DNA of 56,706 nucleotides, the filler included, from Sphacelaria rigidula (lineage: Eukaryota): assembly GCA_964200075.2 (NCBI GenBank). It is 4 parts of 4 records of this genome, joined end to end, with 100 filler letters (N's around TTAATTAATTAA, not from the genome) between each part and the next. Parts side by side here need not be neighbours in the genome. Positions count along the whole stretch, not along the records: positions 14,203 to 28,304 come from CAXNAA020002457.1; positions 28,405 to 42,506 come from CAXNAA020002458.1; 2 more parts are not named here. The stretch is one strand, 5' to 3'. Made by a program: the position numbers and the translations under genes. The notes beneath the pieces were generated by a model. It saw nothing but the letters and a program-made list of their open reading frames with translations. It was not told where the DNA came from and did no database searches. Positions 25,728-38,433 of this stretch are shown here, one piece after another (the stretch's first letter is position 1; the number at the start of each line of letters is the position of its first letter).

Positions 25728-25910
25728 CCTGTATCTAGTGGGGAATAAAATCTGGGCATTCACCCGAACCAGCCTGCCCGTATTTTGTGTCGTCGACTTC
25801 GACCATCTTTTATGGCAAACCTGTATCTAGTGGGGAATAAAATCTGGGCATTCACCCGAACCAGCCTACCCGTATTTTGTGTCGTCGACTTAGACCATCT
25901 TTTATGGCAA
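25728..25910. repeat. Near-perfect tandem duplication of ~92 bp
   Basis: cctgtatctagtggggaataaaatctgggcattcacccgaacc...gaccatcttttatggcaa occurs twice. Confidence 0.95.
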
Positions 25911-26087
25911 CCAACCTCTCGTATCGCGTTTTGTGGGTCTTAATCTAGGCCTATTTTGCTTTTTTGCTTTTGTTTGATCACACCATACCTCATTATAAGT
26001 AGCTAGCCTGTGACCACGGAAGGCGTCCACATCAGATGCCCAGTACGAATGTACCGCGCAGATATCGGAACGTTTTTTAATGTGAAG

Positions 26088-26127
26088 ACAACAACAACAA
26101 CAGCAACAACAACAACAACAACAACAA
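26088..26127 (+). repeat. (ACA)n microsatellite, likely the 3' tail of a retroposon
   Basis: acaacaacaacaacagcaacaacaacaacaacaacaacaa; same tail type as SINE A. Confidence 0.8.
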
Positions 26128-26240
26128 TGTGTACAAGTATGAGGATTTCAGCCCGTCTACAGGCGATTTTCTCCCGTGGATTGATTTCCAAAAATCGATG
26201 GAGATGCAGGAGTGTGCCGATTTGAGCAGAAAGGTGGTGA

Positions 26241-28162
26241 TGTCATGAAGCTAGAAGGCGATTATGACCAAATCTGGGATTTTATAGTTGCGGGTCTGAT
26301 CAAGCTTGACGAGGACGGATGTGAAATTGATAGAAGGTACAGACATGGTTTTTCCAACCGGTCGGAGCCCTCTTGACCCACTCGCTAAAGTGAAGCTGAC
26401 AGCTAAGCAATTGCTATAGCCGGAGGGTGACGTGAGAGAGCATTGAACGGAGCGATAACGAATACGAGTGAACAAGAGTCTTTTCTATCAAGAGGGTGTA
26501 GCTTACTGCGTGAAGCTGTTGTAGTGTGAACTGATTTCGGACAATCTGACCCTGCCAGGGCAGACCTAAAGAGGATCTGACCTGACCCCTGGCGTGCACA
26601 CAAGAGGGTGCATCCTGCTTGACACTATAACATTTGACGTTCGACTTGGAGTATCTGCTTGCTACCTTCTTTTCCCTTTCCAGAGTAGAGCATTTGTTTG
26701 CCTGTACTGCCCTCTAGTTGCTGTTTTACCCATCTTGCTGTAGTTTTGTCTTGCATTCTGTCTCGTGAGTCATTTCCTTTTCATTCGCTTGATTGATTCT
26801 TGCAGTAGCCTACGGTATTGCACACGTGCACCCATAGTTACCTCAACGGAGCGTTCTCTGCTGTTCGTTCCGTGCAGCGATTTTCTGCAGCACGCTTTCG
26901 CTTGAATCGCGTTTTACACGCGCTCCTTGACGCGCTGCTTCTATTGCGTTCGCACTATCTCCTCTGCGACCTTTTCTATGGCCGCGCAATTTTGCTGTGT
27001 TGGCCATCCGACTGCACCTGTGCTTGGTTGCTTTTTCATTGTACCAGCAATCTACCTGCCCCATTCTGTTCAGCAGGTATCCTTTCTTTTTCGGCACACA
27101 TTTGTTTTCGGCAGATATCTCCACATTTGCTCCACTTCCACCCATACTATCTGCCCGCCTCAGTGCAGCACAACACAAGACCGCGGGCGACACCTCCACG
27201 AAGTTGCCGTGACATTCACGGCGTTGCTTCCGCATTACGATATCGGATCCTATTTCTGCAAACTGCCCCGCTCGCTTCTTGTTCGCACAACGCGGCACTG
27301 TTGTTGTACCTCCTGCGGTGTGATTATATCTGGGTATTCCAAAACTACTGCACACACTTTCCGTTTTCCCCCTGTGCTTTTTGCCGTACTGCGCACTTTT
27401 GTAGGAATCATCTCATTTCCCTGCTACTACTCCCCACACGTTTTTTCTCTTTTTTTGGGCGGCGCACAGCTGCCCTTCCTAATTGACGAATCGTTGTTGT
27501 TTCTTGCTGCTGTTTCAGTAGCTACGGCGTTGAAATTCGGCGATCGCGTATCTTTTCGGTTTCAAATTTTGTTTGAATCAGACATTTAGTGAGTGCCTTT
27601 TATTGGTCCTCTGCCCCTGTATTGTGGCTATTACATACCCTATCGCACATTCGTGACTCAAAAAATGAATACATAAAATGAAATCACGTATTGACTTTCG
27701 CTTCTTGGTCGGGGTTCTCTGAACGTATCGCTCTGTAGGCGCTGTAAACGCTTCACACATGTCGCAACGTATCACCACCGCTTCTTCCCCCAAAACGGGA
27801 GCTAAGCCGCCCCGCCGTACGCGGAGCCAAACTAAGGGATTTTCTAGTTTTTCCGGACCCGATGCTGACCCTTCTTCAGCCTTACGGAAACCAACCTCGA
27901 GCGCTGCTCGATCCATCGGTTTTGAGGAACAACCCGTGCAGTTCTCATCGCCCCCTCCCAGCTCCGATTCCGATCATAGCTCGGATTCTCGTACCCTTCC
28001 GACCCTCCCTCATCATTCCATCCGTGACCACCCCTCACAGATACGCCCTGTGCCCCAATCCTTTACGACGCCGGTGGCACCCGCCGTAGCACACATCCCA
28101 TCGGACGCAGCCGTCGACACTGGACCCACCTTGACACACCCTGTGTCCCACCCCCCGACCAC
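26241..28162 (+). mobile_element. Possible 5' part of an LTR retrotransposon (LTR/leader plus Pro/Ser-rich gag-like ORF from 27759)
   Basis: Intronless ORF MSQRITTASSPKTGAKPPRRTRSQTK... after a long pyrimidine-rich leader; a TGT...ACA-bounded segment may lie at ~26241-26824. No diagnostic domain is seen. Confidence 0.3.
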
Positions 28163-28304
28163 GCTGTACGTTATGACCCACTTTGTTTAAGGTATTTATC
28201 AATGACTTGATAATAGCAATTGAAGCAGCAAAGCAAGGGGTTCAGGTGGGTGGAGATATGGTATCAGGATTGATGTTCGCGGATGATTATGTGGGGATTT
28301 CAGG
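28163..28304 (+). pseudogene. Non-LTR (LINE) reverse transcriptase fragment, 5'-truncated, cut by the contig end
   Basis: Frame from 28165: CTL*PTLFKVFINDLIIAIEAAKQGVQVGGDMVSGLMFADDYVGIS, matching the (QG)xxLSPxLF and FADD motifs, with TGA at 28174. Confidence 0.9.
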
Positions 28305-28404
28305 NNNNNNNNNNNNNNNNNNNNNNNNNNNNNNNNNNNNNNNNNNNNTTAATTAATTAANNNNNNNNNNNNNNNNNNNNNNNNNNNNNNNNNNNNNNNN
28401 NNNN
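28305..28404. other. Artificial contig linker
   Basis: N-TTAATTAATTAA-N, 100 nt. Confidence 0.98.
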
Positions 28405-28439
28405 TTTATTCTTTTTTTTGTTGTACCTCTTTTTGGACC

Positions 28440-28988
28440 GCGTGTGGTGGCTGGGGGGGGCGCGTGTGGGGGGGGGCGCCATGTCCCTCCTTGTTGCAAG
28501 CGGGAAATCATATTGGAAGGATATGGGCGTTGCGGTGCACATACATACAACAGTACAAAACAGTGCAGTGCGCCTCTCTGAATGCAGCAGCAGCAGCCGA
28601 TGCATACTCCCTTGCGCGTTCTGGGCAGTTCCCAGCGACGGAGATCAGCTGCCTATACACAGCTTATTCATCACCGTCCACTACATACATGTTCACAGGA
28701 TACTGCAAGTCATCGGCAGAGGGATGAGTAGAACTCATGACGGTAGCTCATGTCTTTCAACGACCCACCTGGGTATAGTGCCTCGTGAAAATGTCCACAT
28801 TGTGGCATGTAGACTCCTCCCCGGTTTTGCCCACTCCATGCACCCTGTGTTCGTGTAACTACGACGTTTTGGTATAGTCTGGCGACCCAACAAACCCCCT
28901 GGGAAATTCCGGGAACGCTTTACTGAATGCAAGTCATACGATAAGCCATGCTCCGAGCATCCTGGCTTTGGAAACCTGGGAAGACTTC
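28440..28988 (+). mobile_element. Partial copy of the piggyBac-like element
   Basis: Collinear with ~11900-12425 (cagtgcag..ctgcagcagcagc..gcatactccc..ctgcaagtcatcggca..gtgcctcgtgaaaatg). Confidence 0.85.
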
Positions 28989-28990
28989 AT

Positions 28991-29348
28991 ACATCGGACG
29001 AGCACGAGTGTGACTCGTGGCACTCGCACTCGTTGGGCTGCTCGTTGGCCATAAAAATTTGTAGGGCGAGCATTCGAGTCATCGCTCGTTGTGGAAAAAA
29101 ACAATAGGGCGAGCACTCGAGCCATTGCAATAGGGCGAGCACTCCAGTCATCGCTTGTTGCGGAATAAAATAATAGGGCGAGCACTCCAGTCATCGCTTG
29201 TTGCGGAATAAAATAATAGGGCGAGCACTCCAGTCATTGCTTGTTGTGGGAAAACAAAATAGGGCGAGCACTCCAGTCAACCTCGTTGTGTTTTGGAAAA
29301 ATACCCACGAGTGCACTCGTCTAAACGAGTAATGACTCGTCCGACCTG
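28991..29348. repeat. Small element with inverted ends (tcggacgag/ctcgtccga) and a 43-bp tandem array
   Basis: tagggcgagcactc(c/g)agtcat.gct.gttg recurs at 29131, 29174, 29217 and 29260, an exact 43-bp spacing. Confidence 0.85.
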
Positions 29349-30831
29349 TGGAATAATCTATCGGCGTTTGCCGCGAAATGAAGCAGCGTTAGTCTTGTTC
29401 ACAACTGACGCTGTGGTTGCTACACGCCAGGATTTTGCAATTTGATACAGCTGAAATGAAACCACGCTATCCTGCTCCACATACACTCAAACTCGACAAG
29501 ACCCGCTGGATGAGAAACAAAATCGCTTGTGTCTCCGCACATTGAGTTGGATGTCACCCTTCGGTTTTACCACATGCTACCGTTTTATTTATTGTGATGC
29601 AGTTTCAGTATGGCTGTACAAAATGACTGTACCGATTGTATACGGCCTGCACTATCTCCTCTTTGAAACCCCACTTATGTACTCAGTCCAACAGTTCATA
29701 GGTAAACAGTGCATGAGTAATATGCTTTCACTGTGGGAACAGAACTGTTCCGAATCACCATCGAACGTCAAATGTCATACTATGCATGCGGAAGAACCTC
29801 TCCCGTGTACTGTTTAGTCGAGTCTATATACTGTGGGGACACATAAGGTAGTGATGGCCGTGTTACCTGAGTGGAACTACTTAACGCGATATTCAACCAG
29901 CAAATGTGTCTTATTGTAATTGAAATCGAATGTAACTTCAACGTGATTCCCCCTGATTGACAGTTTTGCCCTTAGTGGATAGCTCCAAAGGGTATGGGCG
30001 AGTCATACATGCTTCAGAACTTCGGGGCTATGTGATGTCTGCTCCGATTTTGAAGAAATCAGACGCAACCATACTTTGACTTTACTTCACGACTTTCAAT
30101 ACATGGGTGATCGTTCCCGTGTGCACCTGATAACCGCACCTCGTACATGACCGTGTATGCAACTGATATAAAATGGCATTGTTACGCTGCCGTCCGCTAA
30201 TGCCCGAAAATCTGTTTGTGTAACCGTAATGTCATACTGTCTGCATGCATGCTACCAGGCACGGTACTATGTAAGCCGATCAGCCGTGAACAGAAATTGT
30301 ATGGCTTGAATGAACGAAACATGAGGTATTTACCCTTCCCCCTGGTCAGGGGGGGCAAATCATTAATGCTCGAAATGCTTTTTTGTCATGAAGAATGGAT
30401 GTAACCTCTACGTGGTCCCCTGTTTGATCGTTTGCGCCCTTGGTAGATATCTTCAAAGAGTATAAACGAGCCATGCGTGCGTAAAACAAACGGAGAGTTA
30501 TGTGAATTTGTTTTGATTCTAAGAGATCAAACCCAACCATGTACTTATAGCTTACATTTCGACTGTGGATACGTGAGTGGGTGTTTCCAGGCGCACTGTT
30601 GAACATACCATTATTTGATTATCACCCGCAGCGGTGGGTCACAGGACTGCATGAAGCCTGCAACAGCCGCTCGTCAACAATTATTGTTAGTGCCCGCCTG
30701 CCAATTTCTATGTAGCTACTCATGAGTGTGACAATCAACCCAGATCCACTACGATTGAGCGGCTATGAGTGAAGCTGCATGCTAATGTGTTTGCATGAGG
30801 CCACCAGACGGATGCTCCGTCAGTTCCCGTT

Positions 30832-30945
30832 AACCGTCTATACTCGTGCACGCTCTGACAATCCATTCGAAGATGACCGTCTACATGTGCGTGCTCCGAC
30901 AATCAATTCGAAAATGACCGTCTACCTGTGCGCGTTATGACCGTC
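30832..30945. repeat. Short tandem repeat, ~42-bp unit, ~2.7 copies
   Basis: accgtctac.tgtgcg.gctc.gacaatc.attcgaa.atg repeated. Confidence 0.8.
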
Positions 30946-31249
30946 CCGGGGGCAGGGCTGCATTCTTCTGATCTTGAGAGTCCATGGGTTCCACACATTC
31001 CTTTGCCGAGATTTACATCGGAAATAATCTGATGAAACTTGTTGGTTTGTAATGAACGACTCGACTGTTAATCGTGGAGACTATGCAAGTTGCTAGTATA
31101 CAAGCCGGACATCGAATAGATGAACGAGAAAGTTGTATTAACCATATATAAACCATATATAGATATATGCTTGCACCATACAGCGAACAAGCAGGATTTG
31201 ACTGCATACGGGAAAATGGGCGAGGGCGAAAACTCAAGATGTTAAGACT

Positions 31250-31545
31250 ATGCTTGTTCGAACAGGTTGACAGGATGCTAGGAGTTTCCCACGCGTGTTC
31301 GAACAGGTTGACATGGATCCAGGACTTCCCATGTGTTTTCGAGCAGGTTGAGAGGGGGCCAGGAGTTTCCCATGCGTGCTTGAACAGATTGCCATGAATC
31401 CAGGATTTCCCGTGTGTTTTCGAACAGGTTGACAAGGGGGCCAGGAGTTTCCCATGCGCGTTTGAACAGGTTGACAGGCATCCAGGACTTCCCATGCTGT
31501 CCGAACAGTTTGACATGGAGCCAGAATTCCCTCGGGAGTCCATGA
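31250..31545. repeat. Minisatellite with ~41-bp units alternating as A/B (~81-bp dimer)
   Basis: gaacaggttgac core at 31260, 31301, 31341, 31382, 31422, 31464 and 31503. Confidence 0.9.
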
Positions 31546-33099
31546 ATTTATACCTGGCTGTCCCCGACACGTGATACCCTGGCCAAATGCACACGCGTGA
31601 ACCTGTTTTGTCCGGTTATATTGCTGTTCCATTCGTTTTCCTTCCCCTTAATATTTTTGTTCGCTATCGTTATACTGGTCAAGCGCTTCTATCCATGTTA
31701 CTGGTTCCATCGTTTCTCCGTGATGAATGAGAATTTTTCTTCCAGACACCGTCCTCGTGACTCTTGAATCATGGAGATTGTAATACACTACAACGAATCA
31801 TCCATAGTTATTTCAATCGGTGTTTTTACATCTATGTGGCACGTGCGTGCAGGTTTAACGTGTCGATCATCACATAGCTAACCCCAAATCGGTGAAAAAT
31901 GAGTGGAAACCCCTTGAAGCCTCGATCCCAGCCCTTCTACCTGGCGGGATCCGTCCAATAGCCTCCCGTGCAAGCACCTTCCCATGCAGCAGCAGGTTGA
32001 CGCACCCTCCCACGCGGCAGAAGGTTGCCGCACCTCCTCAACACCATCAATCTTTTGTGCGTCCGCCACTGCAGCAGTTTTTCTGCGCCACGACGATAAC
32101 AGCAGTATTTTTGTGCCTTTGCAATAAAACGCCGCTGAAGCGCCGCAAATGAATATGCTTAGTGCTCCTGACCAACGGTTCGCAAAACCGATCTTTCCTC
32201 CGTTTTTCTTCAGCGGATACTTCTAGTAACTGGGTCTCCGTTGACATTGTTCATCCCAAGCCAGGCGCAACCAGCAGTGTACATATTCCATGGCTCAGCT
32301 GCTGTCGCCGCTGCCGCCGCCTTTGAGCATCGATCTAGGGACCAGCTTCCACCTAACCCGATGGGTACGCATACACATATTTCACCCATCCGGGATTACC
32401 CCTCCTTCGAACGCCATTTTGGCCGAAGCGAGTAGGAATGATGCACAGCAGCTATGGGTACAAGCTGAAGTTTGGCACCACAGCAAGAGTAGCCACCGCT
32501 CACCAGTAACGGTGTTACTGGGCACCGGGGCAAGGGGGGGGAGCTATGCATCGAAAAAGTGGTGGAGGTTGTTGGTAATGTGGGGTGATATAGCAAATAA
32601 GTTGCAACGGCGGGGAGCAGGAATTTTGAGGTCCGCTAACCCTAGTAACAGTGAGATACCTCCGATGAACATTCTAGGGCCAGCGGCAATTCTTATTCGT
32701 TTCCACACAAAGGATGAGTTAATATGGGTATGGGTCTAGGTGGTTCATGGATTACCATACATATTTATTTTGGTAGCGAGTTTCTTCAGGAGAAAGAAGA
32801 GTACGTTATCTTTCGGAGGGCGATCGAGATTCCGGCCTTCTCCGGAGGCGCCGTGAGTACGGTTCGTGTCTAACAGTCCCCCAAAACTTGGAGCTATTGA
32901 CACCGACCACCTCACCAGCCAAGGAGGTTCGGTAACTTTGGATCTCTTCCGTGCTGTCAAGCCAAGCGCGCTCGGTGACGACTCGACGGGGAGGTTGTCT
33001 GGGAGGAACAAACTGGCAGCATAAAATGAAGTGTGCAAAAATATTGGAGTGACGTGGGAGGACGATACTACGCTGCAGTGGCTGCTGCATCTAACGGAG

Positions 33100-35995
33100 G
33101 ACGTAAGCTTGGAAGGTTTCGCTAGCAAGCTAGTCCCGGGCTACGTGCGATCGACGCTAGCATGGGCAGCCGCCTACGTCACGGTTCGAAAGAAAGACGG
33201 ACGGTAGTTTACGACCATGTCAAGATTATCGTGGACTGAACCAACTTCTGGAGTCATACAGTGGCAGTTTGAGGGATATGCAGACCATGTATGGTGGGCT
33301 AGCAGAATCCAAGTACTCTACAAGTGTTGATTCAATTAATGGGTTTCTCCAGTTGGAAGTGGAGGAAGCATTTTGGCAGCCAAAGAGTTCGTAGAAGTGA
33401 TATGCTGATGCGAACTGGAAGGCGTTGGATTGTGTTGGAGTAAACCAGATTGGAAAAGGGAGTCAGGCTGGTATATACGAGTCCGGGGCGCGATTTTTCC
33501 CACAACCTTGTGGAAGAAGTGCAACCACAAGAGTAGGTAGGGGATACAAGTCGGGTTGCACCAATCGAATGGGCCGAGCCGGAGTCAGCATCAGCCAGCA
33601 TCGTCAGAACGTTGGTCGAGTCATTCCTCTCATCAACCTCTGTGACAATGCTGATCTCGGAGAGTACTGCTGTGATGGTGCGCTCTCCTGATGAGAACGA
33701 GCTCGTTGCTCCGTGTCGAGTGGAGCTGGGGGTCTCACTGAGCAGGCCTCAGTCTCAGCCGTGCAGGTGGGCGCACCGTATCGGAAGAGACGGACCTATG
33801 TGGTCGCCTTGGAAGCTGATCGTTAGAGGGAAGGACAAATGCGAGCGTGGAAGCAGCGAGTGGAAACGTACACCGTCGCCTGCCCCACGTTGGGTTAGTG
33901 ATTAGGGCGGACAGGTATTCATTTTTCTGGTGCCGACAGGACAGGGCGAGGCGATTCACACTCCCGAGAATCCGATGCCCAGATTATTTCGTTCTCAGCT
34001 GACGAAAGGGAAACCAAGGCGCGAGAAATTCAGACCCTATGGGGCGGACGCAGGTGGATAGAAAGAAGCGGTCGAACTGGAAAAAGACGATTTCGTGAAA
34101 GTTGCGACTACTCTCGACTGTTACGAGACACCACCCCGGTAAATAACGACGCCATGCCATAGATTGTGGCTAAATTCGTTCACCCGTGGATGATAAAGGC
34201 GGTTCTATCAAGTGAAAGCAGAAGGTTTGTTTAGCCTGACTCATATCCAGGGTGAGGATGAGAATTTGAGCACGCTCGCTACGATGTGGCCTCGTGACGA
34301 AGCAGAGTTACCGGAGGCTTGGGGAGCCGCTGTAACTCGTCCGTCGGTTCAAGAGGCAGAGCGGAAGTCAGACCAAGACCCTGGTGGGGAGGGGGGGCTC
34401 CACCTGAGGAGCCACGGATACCTGGTAAAGGTAGCCCTCAGACCGTTCTCGAGCAGGCGAGAGCGGTTCTGATGAACAAGCCGCGACTAGTTTTGCTGCA
34501 TGAGCGGGACTCCCGGCTTGAGCCCATCAGGGATAGGTTTATGTTGGAGAAAAAGGACGAAGGTACAGGTAAGAGGCAGGAAGCGTATGTTCCAAGACGA
34601 TGATGATCTTCTGTGGTATACCTCACCTAGGGCGCCAGGTAAGTTAGGCACCAGGTAAGTTGGCTTTTCCACGCAGTCTAGTGCCTGGCCTGCTCGCATT
34701 GGTGTACACTACACATGGGCACGCCGGAGTGATGAAAACGACTGTAGTGGTCAACGCACGCTATGAGTGACTCGGTCTTTTCGCCGATACTCGCAAATAC
34801 GTGCTGCCTTGTGGATGTCGCCGACGCAAACGTACTAATAGTCACACCATAACGGTGCGACCCGCCCGCTTCTTGCGGTTCTGGGAGATGATGTAGATGG
34901 ACATATCGGACACGAAGCAGATTTCTACTTCTGGTAATAAGTACTTGTTGGTTATTATGGATCGAGCAACCAAGTCCTCTTTGCTCTCACTAGCAACCAA
35001 GGTTACTGAGCACGTAGTTAAGGGTCTGTTGAAACTGTTCTTGACGCTCGAAACGTCCTATTTCCTTTGAAGTGACGCTGGAGGGGAGTTCACTTCGGAA
35101 GTAGTAAACCATGTATGCTATGTGGATGAAGGTGAAACTGGATCATGATCCCGCAGATCACCCTCGCGATCAGGGCGCCCTGGAAAGATACGGAGAGTGG
35201 TTGCGTGGCATTTTAGCCGAGCTATGTGAGCGATGCCTGGAATGGTGGGACGAGTATGTGCATCCTGCTGTATGGATTCATCATATTACTTCCGACCGGT
35301 CGCTGCCGCATAACCCAACGCGATTAATGCTGCTTTCAAGCGCGAGCCTCGCACCCAAGTCGACTCTGTGTCACCTGAAGCAGAATCCCTACCGTTGAAA
35401 AACACGGTAGAGCAACAACGACAAAATTGAAGGGCGTTCAGGAGCTGTTTACCCAACACCACCGGCGTAGGGAAGAGGTGTAAGATATGATGCTAGTCAA
35501 AGAGTCTGACAGCTCCCTTCTGAACGAAGATGTACCGGCCATATCATTACATGACTTGTGGACTGGGCCGGGGACGGTGCAGTAGGGGGTGATACCAGGT
35601 TTCAATCTTGAGGTCAAAATGCTGGTGCGTAAAGTACAAGAGCGAACGGTGTACGCGGCCAACGTGAAGAAATTTCATGTGCACCCAGAACAGCTGCAGC
35701 ACTCATTTCCAGGCGAGGTCTGTTAGCTAGCTTGGGGGTTGCCTGAGGACATCACGTCCACACCTCTACTATATACTCTGACGGATAGGAAAGCAGTGCT
35801 CGGCCCAGGGCCGTCGTGAGTGTGAGAACATCAACGGTTGTTTCACGACGGAGCTGAGCCATACGGGCTTTCAGAGGAGAGTATTTGGACAGTTTCACTG
35901 AGTTACAGTTGGATGTGTTTCATGCCTTGTGGGAATTGTATCAACCGCAGACAAGGCCACGTCCATCTTAAACATCATCTCGAGCAGAAAGGGGC
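33100..35995 (+). mobile_element. Decayed Ty3/gypsy retrotransposon pol (RT, integrase, C-terminal region) with many stops and frameshifts
   Basis: RT N-terminus WAAAYVTVRKKDG..CQDYRGLNQLL (~33160-33250). Integrase GHAGVMKT...RKYVLPCGCRRRK...MDI...SGNKYLLVIMDRATK...SDAGGEFTSEV (~34715-35105). RT precedes IN; purine tract agcagaaagggg at ~35983-35994. Confidence 0.88.
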
Positions 35996-36054
35996 TCAAT
36001 TGCGCGGTAGATTCCCCGATGTACCAAGATCAGCGAACGGTTTACGGACAGCCC

Positions 36055-36379
36055 AGAGCGGTCAACAGGAACAAGAGCTTCTCCGGACGGGATGGGATGG
36101 TTTCTGTACGGTGTTTAAATTGCCTACGTGGTATAACACAGCAGAGCGGTCAACACGATCAAGGACTTCTCCGGATTGGACGGGATGGTTTCTATACGGT
36201 GTTTAAATTCCCTGCGCAGTCTAAACCGGCAGAGCGGTCAACACGATCAAGGACTTCTCCGGGCTGGATGGGATCATTTCTGTACGGTGTTTAAATTCCC
36301 AAAGTGGTCTTACTCGGCAGAGCGGTCAACAAGATCAAGGACTTCTCCGGACTGGATGGGATCCTTTCTGTACGGTGTT
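36055..36379. repeat. 88-bp tandem repeat, ~3.7 copies
   Basis: agagcggtcaac at 36055, 36143, 36231 and 36319. Confidence 0.92.
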
Positions 36380-38433
36380 GCTATTGCCTACAGTACTGGG
36401 CGGTCTAACCGTCAGATTTTTGTAGTTTTTTTTTTCATAGTGATTTAGTATGAATTGTGCGAAATTAATAATTGCGCCGCAATTTTCGGCGGAAGATGGC
36501 ATGCGCTCGATCGCGGATATCTCCGAGTAGAGATATGGGCCAGCCTGAAGGAAGATATCACGTGATAGACCATGCCGTGGAGCAGCTGCTGAGCGTTGCC
36601 GACAGGGGAAAGGCGACCGTGTCATCGAGCACGGTGTGGCGAACGAAGTTGAACAAGACATAACGAACCTCCTGCGGCAAGGTGGACGCTCGTCACGCGA
36701 TCAACTCGACGAGGCGGCGGATCCGAGTCACTACAGTAGAAGATGACACTTGCATATGCTTGCGAGGAACCATTGCTACATTACTGCAGTTACGGATTGG
36801 CAAACGGAGGCTTGACGCCCACAAACGAGGGAAAATAAACAGCGGGGATAAGGGGCAAAAACAGAGCCGTTACGCTACCGCTGGCAGGGGGTCCCACAAG
36901 GGCAGCTGGCTCTATTTGGGTTACACGATTCCAGGAGGCACGTGCGCCACGGTGCACACGTGCCCGAAGGTTCAGTCGCCGGTATTTTGTGGCACAGTGT
37001 GTGGGGTCAGCATAACACGCAAAAAGAAGCAGTCTAATCGCGTCCGCGGCGGCTGTCAAGACGAGATCCGGGCGCATACCGGATCGATCCATCTGTGTCA
37101 GACAAGCGGCGGGATTTTTTAGGTAAGAATCACCCCACCTAGCCATGTGCTTCTCTTTTCGCCGGCATGGCTAAGTTTTAGGGGCTACACCCTCGGCGGC
37201 AAACGCCGTTTGAACAAAGACCTGCGATAGTTATGAAACGGGACTGGGCAGTTGGAAGTAAATATTACCGTGTACGGAGTCCGCGTTCCGGAGGTGTTTG
37301 GGGCGGCCATCGTGCACTGTGAGGTTAAAACCGTTGGCCATATGCCGAGATAATGAGCGTGCTGCCAGACCTACCACCCCAGCAAAAACCTAGTGTTAAC
37401 TACGCTCCCAGGTCCATATCAGAGGCATACATCAGACTGTATGTTCGACCCTTCCTGTCAACTGCCCACCCCATCGATCGTGCAGGCCAACAGCGGCCGG
37501 CGAGTACGAAACCCCCATAAAACTTCCGCCGTACCACCGTCTGTACTCGCTGCTCACGTCCCACCTCGCCTGCGCCAACATGCGGCACAGTGCCGGTAGC
37601 CTCGTGCACTAGGGTGTGTCGCATACGAGGGCAGACACTACCACGACTACCCACAATGGCCTTTCGCTCCTTACCTTCACTCCATATGCACCACCTCGCC
37701 GCTGAGACGTCCAGCATCGAACTGAACTGTACTGCCATAATGCAACTCCATGTCATCACAATAGAAAACACCCCTCTGTAGAGAATGGCCATTATCTAGG
37801 TCGCACACAGCCCTCCACTCTCGCGCACATTCCGCCGCTGCACCCGCCCTTACGACACCAGCGACCACAACCCTCCGCACATCCCCGCACACACAACATC
37901 TACAGTTGCGACCCGCAAACAGCAAACGCGGGCACAAGGAATGACCGACACGCGTGTGACCACGCCCGAACAGACACACGCGGGAGCTCCAAACCCTAAA
38001 TACCGCGCGCCGCGGCGGTAATCACACGTCAACCTCGCGCCGACACCCCCAGCTAAATTATACGTAGGGATTCCGGCACACAATCCCCCCTCTCTACAGT
38101 GTTACGCTCCTCAGAATGCACGATAACCAGGTCCAACAGTATGACGGGGTTTAAGACCCCCCATGTTTTGTGCCGTCTACCTCATCTGCTCATCACAATT
38201 TCGCGCCCCCCGCGCCCCCCCCGCGCCCCCTCTTCCCCCCGCCACGCCGCAAAACTCCACCGTGCACATAGCCCGGCCTAAAGCGAGACAAACACCCGTT
38301 CTGCCCGTGAAAACACACCATCGCCCCGCACTAGACTACTGCACCGATATGCACTCGCCGCCACGCGACTCCCGACCTCATTTCTCGCCGAAAACCCGAC
38401 CCCCCGCCGATAACACCACGTTAAGGGCCCCCA

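Noticed and set aside
36055..36379. CRISPR-like repeat/spacer pattern
   Set aside because: The variable blocks are related to each other, the conserved block is ~65 bp, no cas genes are present and the context is eukaryotic; it is a tandem repeat.
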